Assembly (NCBI GenBank): GCA_963726455.1
Contig: CAVSCK010000004.1
Location: 64,001-128,000, forward strand
Direction of reading: 5' to 3'
DNA from: an uncultured bacterium
GTDB lineage: Bacteria; Zixibacteria; MSB-5A5; CAIYYT01
Length of the DNA: 64,000 nt
Shown: piece after piece, positions 1-9,672 of the stretch
Layout of the letters: each line of letters begins with the position of its first letter
How positions within the stretch are numbered: the first letter of the stretch is position 1
Notes under the pieces: generated by a model
Database searches by the model: none
What the model was told of the DNA's origin: nothing
The model's input: the letters and a program-made list of their open reading frames with translations, nothing else
Program-made: the position numbers and the translations under genes

Positions 1-435
1 GTCAAGGCCTCGCAATTGCTGGAAATTCCGATACTTTGGAACGAGCAGTATCCCGAAGGACTGGGCGCAACGGTACCGGAATTGGCAGAATTGCTTACAA
101 ATCAAAAGCCGATGGCGAAGATGAGTTTCGGTTGCTGTGGAAACGCGTCGTTTGTAACCGAGCTTCGGAAACTCAACCGGCGGCAGGTATTGCTGGTCGG
201 TATTGAGACTCACGTTTGTGTTTATCAGAGCGCAGTTGAGCTGATGCAGATGGGTTATGAAGTTAATCTGATTAGTGATGCCGTCTCGTCACGCACGCCA
301 GAAAACAAGCGAATCGGCATGAAGCTTATCAAGGCTGACGGCGGCCGGATTACCAGCACCGAGACGGCTCTGTTCGAGCTGATGCGGACGGCCTCACACC
401 CAAGATTTCGTGACATTAGCCGATTAGTAAAGTAG
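1..435 (+). CDS. Isochorismatase-family cysteine hydrolase (5' end lies outside the window)
   Basis: EQYPEGLGATV, KMSFGC and GIETHVCVYQSA motifs; frame is open back to base 1. Confidence 0.9.
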   Translation, partial: VKASQLLEIPILWNEQYPEGLGATVPELAELLTNQKPMAKMSFGCCGNASFVTELRKLNRRQVLLVGIETHVCVYQSAVELMQMGYEVNLISDAVSSRTPENKRIGMKLIKADGGRITSTETALFELMRTASHPRFRDISRLVK

Positions 436-517
436 GTTATGAGAGATGTTCACATTTATTGGGGCGGCGCCTATTCCTGCGCGCATGACATGATGAGAGT
501 AACGGTGGAAGACGACT

Positions 518-1897
518 GTGATTGAACCGAGAGCACCGCTACGCCGGCTATGGCATACCTTTATTCCGCTGACGGTCAAGTATGGCGCTGAATTCCGCCG
601 CACGTTCAAGTTTCTTCGGCAGCATCAGTTCTGTAGCAAAGACGAGCTTGAGGATTATCAATGGTTGAGACTGAAGGCGCTGGTCGATTATGCCTACCGG
701 CACGTCCCGTATTATCGCTCTGTTTTCGACAAGGCCGGAATTCATCCCGAAGACATCATGACCCGCGACGATTTTCGTCGCATACCGGTTTTGCACAAGG
801 AAGATGTCGTCGAGAATATTGAATTGCTGAAGTCGGACGAGTTCGAGAAACTGAAGCCGATCCGCACGGTAACCAGTTCGTCGACGCGCGACGGTGTCAA
901 GCTGTTCCGGTCCGATTACAGCGAAGTGTTTCGCAAGTCCGTGGTCTGGCGACACTTCTTCAATATCGGTTTTCGATTCCGTGACCGGCGGGTGCAGCTT
1001 ACAGTGCCGCTCAGTTTTGTCAAGGACATGTATGAAATGCCGGTCGACTATAACGAAAACATCCTGATGATAGACTCCCGCGCAATTACGCCGGACTTCT
1101 GCAAATCAATTCACCGCCGTCTGCAGAGTTTCAAACCCAAGATGCTGTTTTGCCAACCGACGAATGCCACGATGCTGGCCGAATACTGCAAACAGGCAGG
1201 ATTGCCTCCGCTGCACATTCCCATTATCTACTCGCTCGGTGAAAAGATCTATCCCGAATACCGCGAAGTGATGACGGCATACTATGGCGGCAAAGTGGTC
1301 GAGTTCTACGGGAACCGCGAGAACACGGCATCGGCAGGTGAACTTCAGGACGGGCGATTGTATGTCAACTCGGATTTCTGTTACCTCGAGTTTGAATCAA
1401 ATAGCGGTACTCCGGAGATCGGTCAGCCGGCAAATATCATATCGACCACGCTGGAAAATTATGCTTTCCCGCTGATCCGGTATCATACCGAGGACGTCGG
1501 CACTTTGGTCGGTCACCCCGCAGTCGCCGTTCGTCAATTCCCGGTGATGGAAATCGTCGGCGGCCGGGGAAAGGATCTGCTGCTTACCAGAAGGGGATTG
1601 ATGTTGCCGCAGACTCATCCGTTTCTGAAGAGCATCGGATTTGACCGCTACAAACGGATTCAGTTGGAGCAAAAGTCAATCGATGATCTGCTAATCCGCG
1701 TGGTGCCGACCGCGACGTTCGACCAGACAAACGACAGGAGACTTCTGCAATCATCCTTCACGAAATATTTCGACAGCCAATTTGCGATCACTATTGAGCT
1801 CGTTGATTCGATTCCTTTGACCAGCAGCCGCAAGAACCGCTACGTCATATCCGACATTGCCATCCGGCATCTGCGCGAATCGCTCCCGAACAAATAG
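518..1897 (+). CDS. Phenylacetate-CoA ligase / CapK-like adenylate-forming protein
   Basis: LVDYAYRHVPYYR, IPVLHKEDV, FYGNRE, FPLIRYHTEDVG, GRGKD motifs; P-loop atypical (TSSSTRDG). Confidence 0.85.
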   Translation: MIEPRAPLRRLWHTFIPLTVKYGAEFRRTFKFLRQHQFCSKDELEDYQWLRLKALVDYAYRHVPYYRSVFDKAGIHPEDIMTRDDFRRIPVLHKEDVVENIELLKSDEFEKLKPIRTVTSSSTRDGVKLFRSDYSEVFRKSVVWRHFFNIGFRFRDRRVQLTVPLSFVKDMYEMPVDYNENILMIDSRAITPDFCKSIHRRLQSFKPKMLFCQPTNATMLAEYCKQAGLPPLHIPIIYSLGEKIYPEYREVMTAYYGGKVVEFYGNRENTASAGELQDGRLYVNSDFCYLEFESNSGTPEIGQPANIISTTLENYAFPLIRYHTEDVGTLVGHPAVAVRQFPVMEIVGGRGKDLLLTRRGLMLPQTHPFLKSIGFDRYKRIQLEQKSIDDLLIRVVPTATFDQTNDRRLLQSSFTKYFDSQFAITIELVDSIPLTSSRKNRYVISDIAIRHLRESLPNK

Positions 1898-2013
1898 AAC
1901 CGTGATTCCTTCAAGCGATCTCGCGCGAGGCCCCAGACTTCAGTTCTCCGACAAGTTTTAGATTGACGACCGCTACCACATGAAACTAGATTGGCGGCGA
2001 AAGCACTGTAACA

Positions 2014-2328
2014 ATGTCCAAACACGAATATCTGTTTGCCGAACTTGTAGTGGATCGCGGTGTCCTGGAGCGATTCAGCCAGGAAATGTCACCGTATTAT
2101 GAGGACGACCTGGTTAGCGCCAAGCACGACTTCTACTCCAGGTTTAAGCGCAAGCTGTTGTGGCATATCCGAAACTCACTGTCAGAACGTCAGCGACAGG
2201 CGCTGCTGTTGATCCTCTCGGGCAAGACCGAACGCGAGGCAGCATCGACAATGGGGGTATCCCAACAAGTTGTGCACATTTATAAACTGCGCGCGATAAA
2301 TAAGTTACGGGATAAGATCAGGCCTTAA
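2014..2328 (+). CDS. Small sigma-70 region-4 / LuxR-like HTH DNA-binding protein
   Basis: LSERQRQALLL...GKTEREAASTMGVSQQVVHIYKLRAINKLR is a sigma4-type HTH; no region 2 recognisable. Confidence 0.8.
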   Translation: MSKHEYLFAELVVDRGVLERFSQEMSPYYEDDLVSAKHDFYSRFKRKLLWHIRNSLSERQRQALLLILSGKTEREAASTMGVSQQVVHIYKLRAINKLRDKIRP

Positions 2329-2478
2329 AGTGTATGTCAAAAGACTAATTATCGGAAGGTTCACGCCTCACTCTTGAACCGTCTCTGTTTCCTCTGACTC
2401 AATGACATAAAAAGGGCATGGCTTTGGCTGCATCCATGAGCATGCTGGCTTCACCAAACGTACCATGGAGGTGTTGTC

Positions 2479-2655
2479 ATGCCACGACCATTAGCCAAAC
2501 CGGAGCAAGCCTTGTTGGGCGAGAAGGACATTTGGCACCCGTACGAACTTCAGTCGGTAAAGACCTGGAAGTTCATCAAGATCGTTAACAAGATCTTAAG
2601 CGGCGACTACGGCGTGCTGGATACGTCTCACTGCGCCAGCACCATCGAGATCTGA
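2479..2655 (+). CDS. Small hypothetical protein, 58 aa (absent from ORF track)
   Basis: GGAGGT RBS at 2467-2472, ATG 2479, TGA 2653-2655; MPRPLAKPEQALLGEKDIWHPYELQSVKTWKFIKIVNKILSGDYGVLDTSHCASTIEI. Confidence 0.7.
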   Translation: MPRPLAKPEQALLGEKDIWHPYELQSVKTWKFIKIVNKILSGDYGVLDTSHCASTIEI

Positions 2656-2813
2656 GCTGGCAGAATCCCCTTCCCGTGGACCTTCCGGCAACGCGAGGAC
2701 AGGATTAGCAGCACAGGTTTTGGGTTATCATGCAAATGCCTCTCTATTCCGATATAGTACCACATATGGCAATCGAAGGGGCCGGTCGAGTTAAGCCGTT
2801 GCTTAGTTGAAAC

Positions 2814-2841
2814 TTGACTTATCAGGGGAATGTGTTAAATT
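2814..2841 (+). promoter_or_regulatory. Putative sigma70 promoter of the metalloprotease genes
   Basis: TTGACT-N16-TAAATT with TG upstream of the -10 element. Confidence 0.45.
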
Positions 2842-2897
2842 AGAGTGGCAATATTACTTTTCCGGATGCCTGAAACTACATACCCAGGTTGACTTAA

Positions 2898-4562
2898 ATG
2901 ACGTTGATAATGCGCATTAAGATGCTTCATGTTCTGGCGATCTGCTGTTTCGCCCTGATGCTGGCGGCCGACTCATTTGCTGCTCTCTCCCCGATCGAGC
3001 AGGATGTCAAGGCAGGCATAATCAGCGAAAACGACGCGGTTATCTATCGGGCATTGGCAATCGTGCGCCCTGAAGCCGTGCCGACGCGTTATCTCTCGGA
3101 AGTTACGGTACCGGGTAAGTGCGCGACTGACGAAGTGCGTGAAGCCACGAAGATTATCATGTCCGACTCGACGGCTTACAAATCCTTCAGAGATATCCTG
3201 TCGCGACCCGTTACTCAGGTCGCCTACCAATCACCACAAGGATATTTCTGGTTGCACTATGATACTTCCGGGACGCATGCCGTGCCGCTTGCAGATGGCA
3301 ACGGTAACGGCGTGCCGGATTATATAGACCACGCGGCCAGCTATGCTGATTCGGTCTGGAGATACGAGGTTCAGGACTTGGGGTTCTTGCCGCCGCCTGC
3401 GGACGGAACGCAGGGTGGTGGTTTGGATCAGTATGATATCTATTTCCAGCGACTCACGGTATATGGCTACACGCAGTTAGAATCGCCGGGGCCGAACCCG
3501 TGGTACGACTACTCATCTCACGTCGTCGTCCATAACAACTTCAACGGCTTTCCACCCAATCAGGATCCGGAAGGGAATGTATACGGCGCGCTGAAAGTCA
3601 CGATCGCCCACGAATTCTGCCATGCGCTGCAGTTTGCTTATGATGCCGGAGAAGAGATCTACTTCATGGAGGAGACTTCGACCTGGATGGAGGATATGGC
3701 TTTCCCGGCGACGAATGACAATTACAATTACCTGCCGTATTTCTACAGCGTTCCGGAGCAGGGATTGCAGAAGACAGGTAATCATGAATACGCCGCCTTT
3801 ATCTGGCCGAAGTATCTGCAGGAACGTTTCGGTCCGGCTATCATTCGCGAGATTTGGAGTGAGTGCCGTTACAATTCCGCGATCGGTTCCTGGTCGTATG
3901 TGCTGGACTCGGCGGGGAGTAGCTTGCAGGATGAATTCACGCGGTTTCTGGTGTGGAACTACCACACCGGTGATCGGGCGACGCCCACGACATTTGTGTC
4001 GGGTGCGGACTACCCGCAGGTAAGCGTGATGCGATACACCGACGTTGTTCCGGATTCGAATCGAAGTTCCAGCGAACCACCGGAACCGTTGGCATCCAAC
4101 TATATTGTCATTAACAATTACTCCGGTTCACGAGGTATCCTGACGATCGACTTCACCGGCGTGGTCACCGCCAACTGGGGAATCGGATACGTGATAGATC
4201 ATGGTAACGGACAATTCGAGGATTCAGTCTGTACTACACTGCAGGGAACGTCGGCGAGGATCTCGATCCCGCATTTCGAGAACGTGCTGAAGGTGGCGTT
4301 CATTCCGGGCGTGACATCATCCTACGGCACATCGTGGAACTATCAATACACCATCTTCTGGCGCACTCCCGGCGACTTCAACGGTGACAACGTAATCGAC
4401 ATCTCGGATGCCGTAGCCGGAATCAACTATATCTTCGGCGATGGCCCGGTTCCTCAGCCACTGCAGGCGATGGACGCGAACTGTGACGGATATAATGACA
4501 TCAGTGATGTCACATACTTGATCACCTACATCTTTGGAGGCGGTCCCGCGCCTTGCTATTGA
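2898..4562 (+). CDS. Secreted Zn-metalloprotease (MXAN_6640-like) with C-terminal dockerin
   Basis: Signal peptide; AHEFCHALQFAY (HExxH) plus EETSTWME; duplicated DxNxD..DISD dockerin repeats at the C-terminus. Confidence 0.85.
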   Translation: MTLIMRIKMLHVLAICCFALMLAADSFAALSPIEQDVKAGIISENDAVIYRALAIVRPEAVPTRYLSEVTVPGKCATDEVREATKIIMSDSTAYKSFRDILSRPVTQVAYQSPQGYFWLHYDTSGTHAVPLADGNGNGVPDYIDHAASYADSVWRYEVQDLGFLPPPADGTQGGGLDQYDIYFQRLTVYGYTQLESPGPNPWYDYSSHVVVHNNFNGFPPNQDPEGNVYGALKVTIAHEFCHALQFAYDAGEEIYFMEETSTWMEDMAFPATNDNYNYLPYFYSVPEQGLQKTGNHEYAAFIWPKYLQERFGPAIIREIWSECRYNSAIGSWSYVLDSAGSSLQDEFTRFLVWNYHTGDRATPTTFVSGADYPQVSVMRYTDVVPDSNRSSSEPPEPLASNYIVINNYSGSRGILTIDFTGVVTANWGIGYVIDHGNGQFEDSVCTTLQGTSARISIPHFENVLKVAFIPGVTSSYGTSWNYQYTIFWRTPGDFNGDNVIDISDAVAGINYIFGDGPVPQPLQAMDANCDGYNDISDVTYLITYIFGGGPAPCY

Positions 4563-4585
4563 AATAGGACACCATTCGGCACCTC

Positions 4586-6607
4586 ATGGAGGTCAATTTG
4601 CTCAGACGGATTATTGTAACGGCATGCCTGTTGTTCATCGCAACATCAGCGCTCGGGGCATCCAAGTCGTCATATCAGCTTATTCAACGGGCCTACAAAG
4701 ACGGCCTTCTCACCAACGAACAGAAGCTGCTGCTGGAAGTCCGTTCGGTCAAGAATCCGTCATCGCTGCCGCTGGCATATCAATCCACGGTCATCGAAAT
4801 TGCCAAGTGCGCGACGGACATTCTGCTCGAAGCGAAAAGCAATTTCAACGATCTCAGCGCCGCAGGCCAAACGGAGATGAGAAACATTCTGGCGCGCCCC
4901 TCAGCGACCAACGTTTTTGACAGTCCGGGAGGCAAGTTCAAGATTCATTATAACATCTCCGGCCCTAACGCAGTACCGCTGACAGATTCCGACGCCGATG
5001 GGATACCGGATTACATTGAATGGCTGGCCGGCTATGCTGATAGTTCATATCGCTCCGAGGTTCTGGGATTGGGACAATTTGAACCGCCCAGCGACGGTGT
5101 CGCCGGCGGCGACTCGCGGTATGACATCTACACCGAGGAAATGGGCTATTACGGCTACACGCAATCTGAAGGGGGCGGACCGAATCCCTGGAATGACGCC
5201 TATAGTTACATTTCGGTGCATCGCAATTTCCTGGGGTTTCCGCCCAACAACGATCCCGAGGGCAACCAAAAGGGCGCAGCCAAGGTTACGGTAGCCCACG
5301 AATATTACCATGCCGTTCAGTTTGCCTATAACTATATGGAGGAAGCCTGGCTGATGGAGGCATCTTCGACCTGGATGGAAGATTTCGTGTATCCCCAGGT
5401 GAACGACAATTACAACTATCTATCCAGTTGGTTTGGTTATCCGGACTACGCTTTGAATTCCACCACAAATTTGCATCAGTATGCTGCCTTTATCTGGCCG
5501 AAGTATCTGTCGCAGAATTTCGGGTCGGCGATCATGCCGGAACTTTGGAATCAGTGCATTTATTCGAACGCCTATCCGGCGCTGACCACGGTACTGGCAA
5601 ATCATGGGCGCGCGCTGAACAGCGAGTTTGCCGAGTTCTGTTCCTGGAATTTCATCACCGGTTCGCGCAATGACCACGAGCATTTTCTGGATGGGTCATA
5701 TTACCCGCTGATCTCGACAGTCCGGACACACACGACCTATCCGGTTACCGGGCAGGGACCGTTGACAGGCAAAGCTCCGGATGCGATGGGCGCCAACTAT
5801 GTCATCTTCACGCTGCCGGGCGGAACCGGCAATTTCACTGTCGACTTCAACGGTGATAATTCGACTCCTTGGATTGTCAATATCCTGGGTTGGAAGTCTT
5901 CGGGCGGCACCAACATTTACCAGGAGTTCCAGATGACGCTGAATGGCAGCGGCGATGGCTCATACACAGTTGTGAATCCGCAGGACTATACCTATATCGT
6001 CATGGTGATCTCTAACACGAGCCAGAGTCTTAATGATCGCGGCTATGTTTACGGAGCCAGTTTCGTCTCGGCGCCGCAATATGCCGTTGTGGTTAATGCG
6101 GTCGCCGACGATAGTCTTTATTCCCACACAAAGACACACTTAATCTACAACGTGCACAATACCGGCAGCAATGCCGAAACATTCACGCTCGCCGCCGCCG
6201 ACAGGCGCGGCTGGAGCATCCTGCCCTCGCGAAATCAGATTACGTTGACATCAGGCGCGACCGACACCGTTTCGGTCTCAGTCCCAGCGCCGGCGATGAC
6301 CAACGAAGGCGTCAAAGATACGGTAATGTTGACGGCGACATCGACATCAGCAACGGGGGTTTCGGACACTGACTCGGCGACGGCGTTGGTGTTTGTCCAG
6401 AACGGCGATGCCGACAACAGCGGCAGTCTCGATATTTCCGACGCCGTGTATCTGATCGGCTACATCTTCAACTCGGGTGCCGATCCGATGCCGGTGATGG
6501 ATGCCGGTGATGCAAATTGCGATGGTGCCGTGGATATCTCAGATGTCGTCTTCCTGATAGCATATATCTTCAATTCGGGACCACCACCACCCTGCAACCC
6601 TTTTTGA
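4586..6607 (+). CDS. Secreted Zn-metalloprotease paralog (MXAN_6640-like) with Ig/NEW3-like domain and C-terminal dockerin
   Basis: Signal peptide; AHEYYHAVQFAY, EASSTWME; VHNTGSNAETFTL Ig-like segment; dockerin GDADNSGSLDISD / GDANCDGAVDISD. Confidence 0.85.
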   Translation: MEVNLLRRIIVTACLLFIATSALGASKSSYQLIQRAYKDGLLTNEQKLLLEVRSVKNPSSLPLAYQSTVIEIAKCATDILLEAKSNFNDLSAAGQTEMRNILARPSATNVFDSPGGKFKIHYNISGPNAVPLTDSDADGIPDYIEWLAGYADSSYRSEVLGLGQFEPPSDGVAGGDSRYDIYTEEMGYYGYTQSEGGGPNPWNDAYSYISVHRNFLGFPPNNDPEGNQKGAAKVTVAHEYYHAVQFAYNYMEEAWLMEASSTWMEDFVYPQVNDNYNYLSSWFGYPDYALNSTTNLHQYAAFIWPKYLSQNFGSAIMPELWNQCIYSNAYPALTTVLANHGRALNSEFAEFCSWNFITGSRNDHEHFLDGSYYPLISTVRTHTTYPVTGQGPLTGKAPDAMGANYVIFTLPGGTGNFTVDFNGDNSTPWIVNILGWKSSGGTNIYQEFQMTLNGSGDGSYTVVNPQDYTYIVMVISNTSQSLNDRGYVYGASFVSAPQYAVVVNAVADDSLYSHTKTHLIYNVHNTGSNAETFTLAAADRRGWSILPSRNQITLTSGATDTVSVSVPAPAMTNEGVKDTVMLTATSTSATGVSDTDSATALVFVQNGDADNSGSLDISDAVYLIGYIFNSGADPMPVMDAGDANCDGAVDISDVVFLIAYIFNSGPPPPCNPF

Positions 6608-6772
6608 TGCGGCATCTCCTAGCTGTTGAGATCCGTTTCAATCCTGCTGTGGTCAATCTTCCGGCCTGACAACGAACGGCAAGACGTTCGACACTGATTT
6701 TAGTTGACTACGTTTCTGCCGCAGGCATTCATAACCATCGTATTATCAAAGAAGTAGAGATGTACAAGAGGT

Positions 6773-8611
6773 ATGGACCTAAAGCAGCTCGGTAAGTACG
6801 AAATCATTGATAAACTTGGTGAGGGGGGATTCGGCGCCGTCTATCTCGCCAATAATACGAGACTGAAGAAACGGGTGGCCTTGAAGGTGCTGCATCCGCA
6901 GGTAGCATCGGATGAAATGCTGGCCGCCTATTTCGAACGTGAAGCCCTGGCTCTGGCGCGCCTGGAGCATGCCAACATCGTGCGCGTTTATGACTACGAC
7001 CAGATCGACGGTGTCAGCTTCATCGTGATGGAGTTTATCGACGGCACGAATCTCGACAAGCTACTGCGCGATACCCGCAAGTTCTCGACCGAGGAAATTG
7101 TCTCGATGTTCCGGCAGTTGTTGTCGGCACTTGGGTATGCTCACGAGCATGGCGTGATTCATCGCGACGTCAAGCCGTCGAATATCATGCTGACGAACAA
7201 GGGCGAAGTCAAGATTACTGATTTCGGAATCGCCAAGGTTGCCGGGGGCGCTAAACTGACGCGCACCGGTACGGGAGCGGGATCGCTATTGTACATGTCG
7301 CCCGAGCAGATCAAAGGCGCCAACATTGACAACCGCAGTGATATCTACGCGACCGGTATCACTTTGTATCAGGTGGTCGCAGGGCGCACGCCGTTTGAGG
7401 CCGATTCCGATTATGAGATAATGACGGGCCATCTGGAAAAGCTGCCACCATCACCGTGTCAATTCAAGGGAGATATTCCGAAGGATCTTGAGCAGATCAT
7501 TCTCAAAGCGATCGAGAAGAAGCCGGAGAAGAGATACCAAGATGCGCAGGAAATGTCGGATGCGTTGGGAAACGTGAATCCAGCACCGACCAAAGTTCGC
7601 TCGGACGAATTTGCGCGGACAACCGCAATTCCGCGGCGTCCCAAAGCCGGCGCGTCGGGCAAGAAGATGCTAATTCCTGCACTGGCCCTATTGCTGGTTG
7701 TCGCCGTCGTCGCCGGCTGGCTCTTGACACGAGGGGGGAAAAAGGAGGAGGCAGTCAAGCCGACGCAGCAAACGTTCGCGGATTCGCTGACGACAGCGAA
7801 GACTCTCTTCAGTCAAAAGGATTTCTCCGGCGCCGCGTCTGTTCTTTCAGTGCTACAATTGTCGGCGAGCGCTGACCAAACGACGAAGGGCGATATCCTT
7901 CAGTATCTCGCAGCGTCGCGACTGATGTTGGGAGATTCGGTTGAGGCCAAAGCAATTTTCTCGGAATTAAGGCAATTGAATCCGTCGACTTCATTTTCGC
8001 CCGACAAGTTTGGTTCGGTGGCGGCAGAATCATGGAAGCGATTCGTCAGTCCCCCTTTAGTCGCGCAAAGCAACACGCAAACGATCAAGTCAAACGAAGG
8101 CGGCAGCCAGAAGCCGACTACCCAAAATGAAGGCACGACAACGCCTTCCGCCGGGAGTCTGTCGGTGACGGTGACTAACTGGAAAATCTTTGAACCGGTA
8201 GTGGTTATAATCGACGGGAAACGTGAGGATTATGCCGGCAATCCGCTGGTGTTTGCCAATGTTAGTGGTGGGACACATGAGGTAGGTATGGTTACCGATT
8301 TAGGGACGCTGACCGACCAGGTTCAGGTCGGGAGTGACAAAACGGAATATACATTCAATCCCAGCGATCATTTGACCAGCAAGCTGACGGTGACGTCGCT
8401 GGTGGCCAACGATCCCAACGATATCGTTTCCGCCCAGGTGTATATCGACAACGTCAAGATCGAGGACGGGCAGACGCCCTTCAATACCAGACTAATGAGC
8501 GGTCCGCACAAAGTCTGGGTTGACGACAAGAACTACCGTACCGATGGTAAACCGAAATTCGTGGATCTCGACAAGGACAAAGAGGTTGAATTCGTCCTCA
8601 GGAAAAGATGA
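6773..8611 (+). CDS. Hanks-type membrane Ser/Thr protein kinase with extracytoplasmic TPR-like and PEGA-like domains
   Basis: GEGGFGAV, VALK, HRDVKPSN, DFG, YMSPEQ; TM helix at about aa 300-318; AQVYIDNVK..GQTPF..GPHKV PEGA-like C-terminus. Confidence 0.95.
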   Translation: MDLKQLGKYEIIDKLGEGGFGAVYLANNTRLKKRVALKVLHPQVASDEMLAAYFEREALALARLEHANIVRVYDYDQIDGVSFIVMEFIDGTNLDKLLRDTRKFSTEEIVSMFRQLLSALGYAHEHGVIHRDVKPSNIMLTNKGEVKITDFGIAKVAGGAKLTRTGTGAGSLLYMSPEQIKGANIDNRSDIYATGITLYQVVAGRTPFEADSDYEIMTGHLEKLPPSPCQFKGDIPKDLEQIILKAIEKKPEKRYQDAQEMSDALGNVNPAPTKVRSDEFARTTAIPRRPKAGASGKKMLIPALALLLVVAVVAGWLLTRGGKKEEAVKPTQQTFADSLTTAKTLFSQKDFSGAASVLSVLQLSASADQTTKGDILQYLAASRLMLGDSVEAKAIFSELRQLNPSTSFSPDKFGSVAAESWKRFVSPPLVAQSNTQTIKSNEGGSQKPTTQNEGTTTPSAGSLSVTVTNWKIFEPVVVIIDGKREDYAGNPLVFANVSGGTHEVGMVTDLGTLTDQVQVGSDKTEYTFNPSDHLTSKLTVTSLVANDPNDIVSAQVYIDNVKIEDGQTPFNTRLMSGPHKVWVDDKNYRTDGKPKFVDLDKDKEVEFVLRKR

Positions 8612-8664
8612 AAAGATTTGCGGTCAAAATAGAATAATAGTAGCTTTACTTAAAGGAGTGGATT

Positions 8665-9672
8665 ATGAGAGCTATCATCATATCCTTGTTAGCGTGCCTG
8701 CTGCTGACGACATCGTTGTTGGCACAAGGCAATAGCGCTGATGAGATCAAAAACATCGGTGAACTTTATCGCCAGGGGAAATTTTCTGATGCCGTGATCA
8801 AAGCCACGGCGGTGCTGGCCAAGCCGGGACTCACGCAAAGTGACAGTCTGCAAACCATCCGCTGGCTGGCACGGGCGGCGGCACAGAATAATCAGGCCGA
8901 TCTGTCGCAACAGTATTTGGCGATACTGGTAAAGATGGATCCGAACACCGATTTCGATGGTGACAAGGAACCGGCTCGTTTTGCCAAGGTCTGGTTCAAG
9001 TTCATCGGCGACACCAAATACACTCCGGGTGAAAGACAGAGTAAGCTGGGCGTCGCTGTTGTTGAATTCGACAACGGTTCGTTTGAGGATGCGGACAAGG
9101 TGAAGAATGCCGGCATCGGTATAGCCGCCATGATTCGCTACGACCTGGAATCCTCCGGCGCAGTGTATTCGCCTTCGCGCGAGCATTTCAATTATCTGTT
9201 GGACGAACTGAAATTGTCGCAGACCGACATGGTTGACAAGGATCAGAAGGTGCAAGTTGGCAAGGTGATCGGCGCCAAGAATTTTATTTTCGGCACGTTC
9301 TTTAACATGCCGGGCAACAAGTTTCGTATTGACGCGCGCATAATCGAGACCGAGACCACTTTGCCCAAGCAGCAGTTTTCGGTGGAGGGCAAAGCGGGAG
9401 ATATCGGCAAGCTCACGGTAGAATTGACCAAGAAGATTCTGGCTTACTTCAATGTCCAGGCCGATGCCATCAAGAAGGCGGGCGCCAATATTCCGAACGT
9501 CAACCTGGCGGCGCTGATCGAATATTCGAAGGGTGTTGCTTACGAAGACAAGGGACAGATGGATCTGGCAAAGAAGGCGTATTCCGAAGCCATTAAGATA
9601 TCGCCAAGCTTCGCGCTGGCGTCTGATCGTCAGCAACGTGTCGAATTGGAGCAAAAGTCAAGCAACGAATGA
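8665..9672 (+). CDS. Exported TPR + CsgG/HfaB/TolB_N-like domain protein
   Basis: Signal peptide; VAVVEFDN...LLDELKLSQT...QVGKVIGAKNFIFGTF...IDARIIETET; C-terminal TPR. Confidence 0.8.
   Translation: MRAIIISLLACLLLTTSLLAQGNSADEIKNIGELYRQGKFSDAVIKATAVLAKPGLTQSDSLQTIRWLARAAAQNNQADLSQQYLAILVKMDPNTDFDGDKEPARFAKVWFKFIGDTKYTPGERQSKLGVAVVEFDNGSFEDADKVKNAGIGIAAMIRYDLESSGAVYSPSREHFNYLLDELKLSQTDMVDKDQKVQVGKVIGAKNFIFGTFFNMPGNKFRIDARIIETETTLPKQQFSVEGKAGDIGKLTVELTKKILAYFNVQADAIKKAGANIPNVNLAALIEYSKGVAYEDKGQMDLAKKAYSEAIKISPSFALASDRQQRVELEQKSSNE

Noticed and set aside
8689-9654. Long antisense ORFs (8689-9654, 53698-54540, 52307-53146, 20058-20861 and others)
   Set aside because: Shadow frames of well-supported genes, expected from GC-biased codon usage; no recognisable motifs
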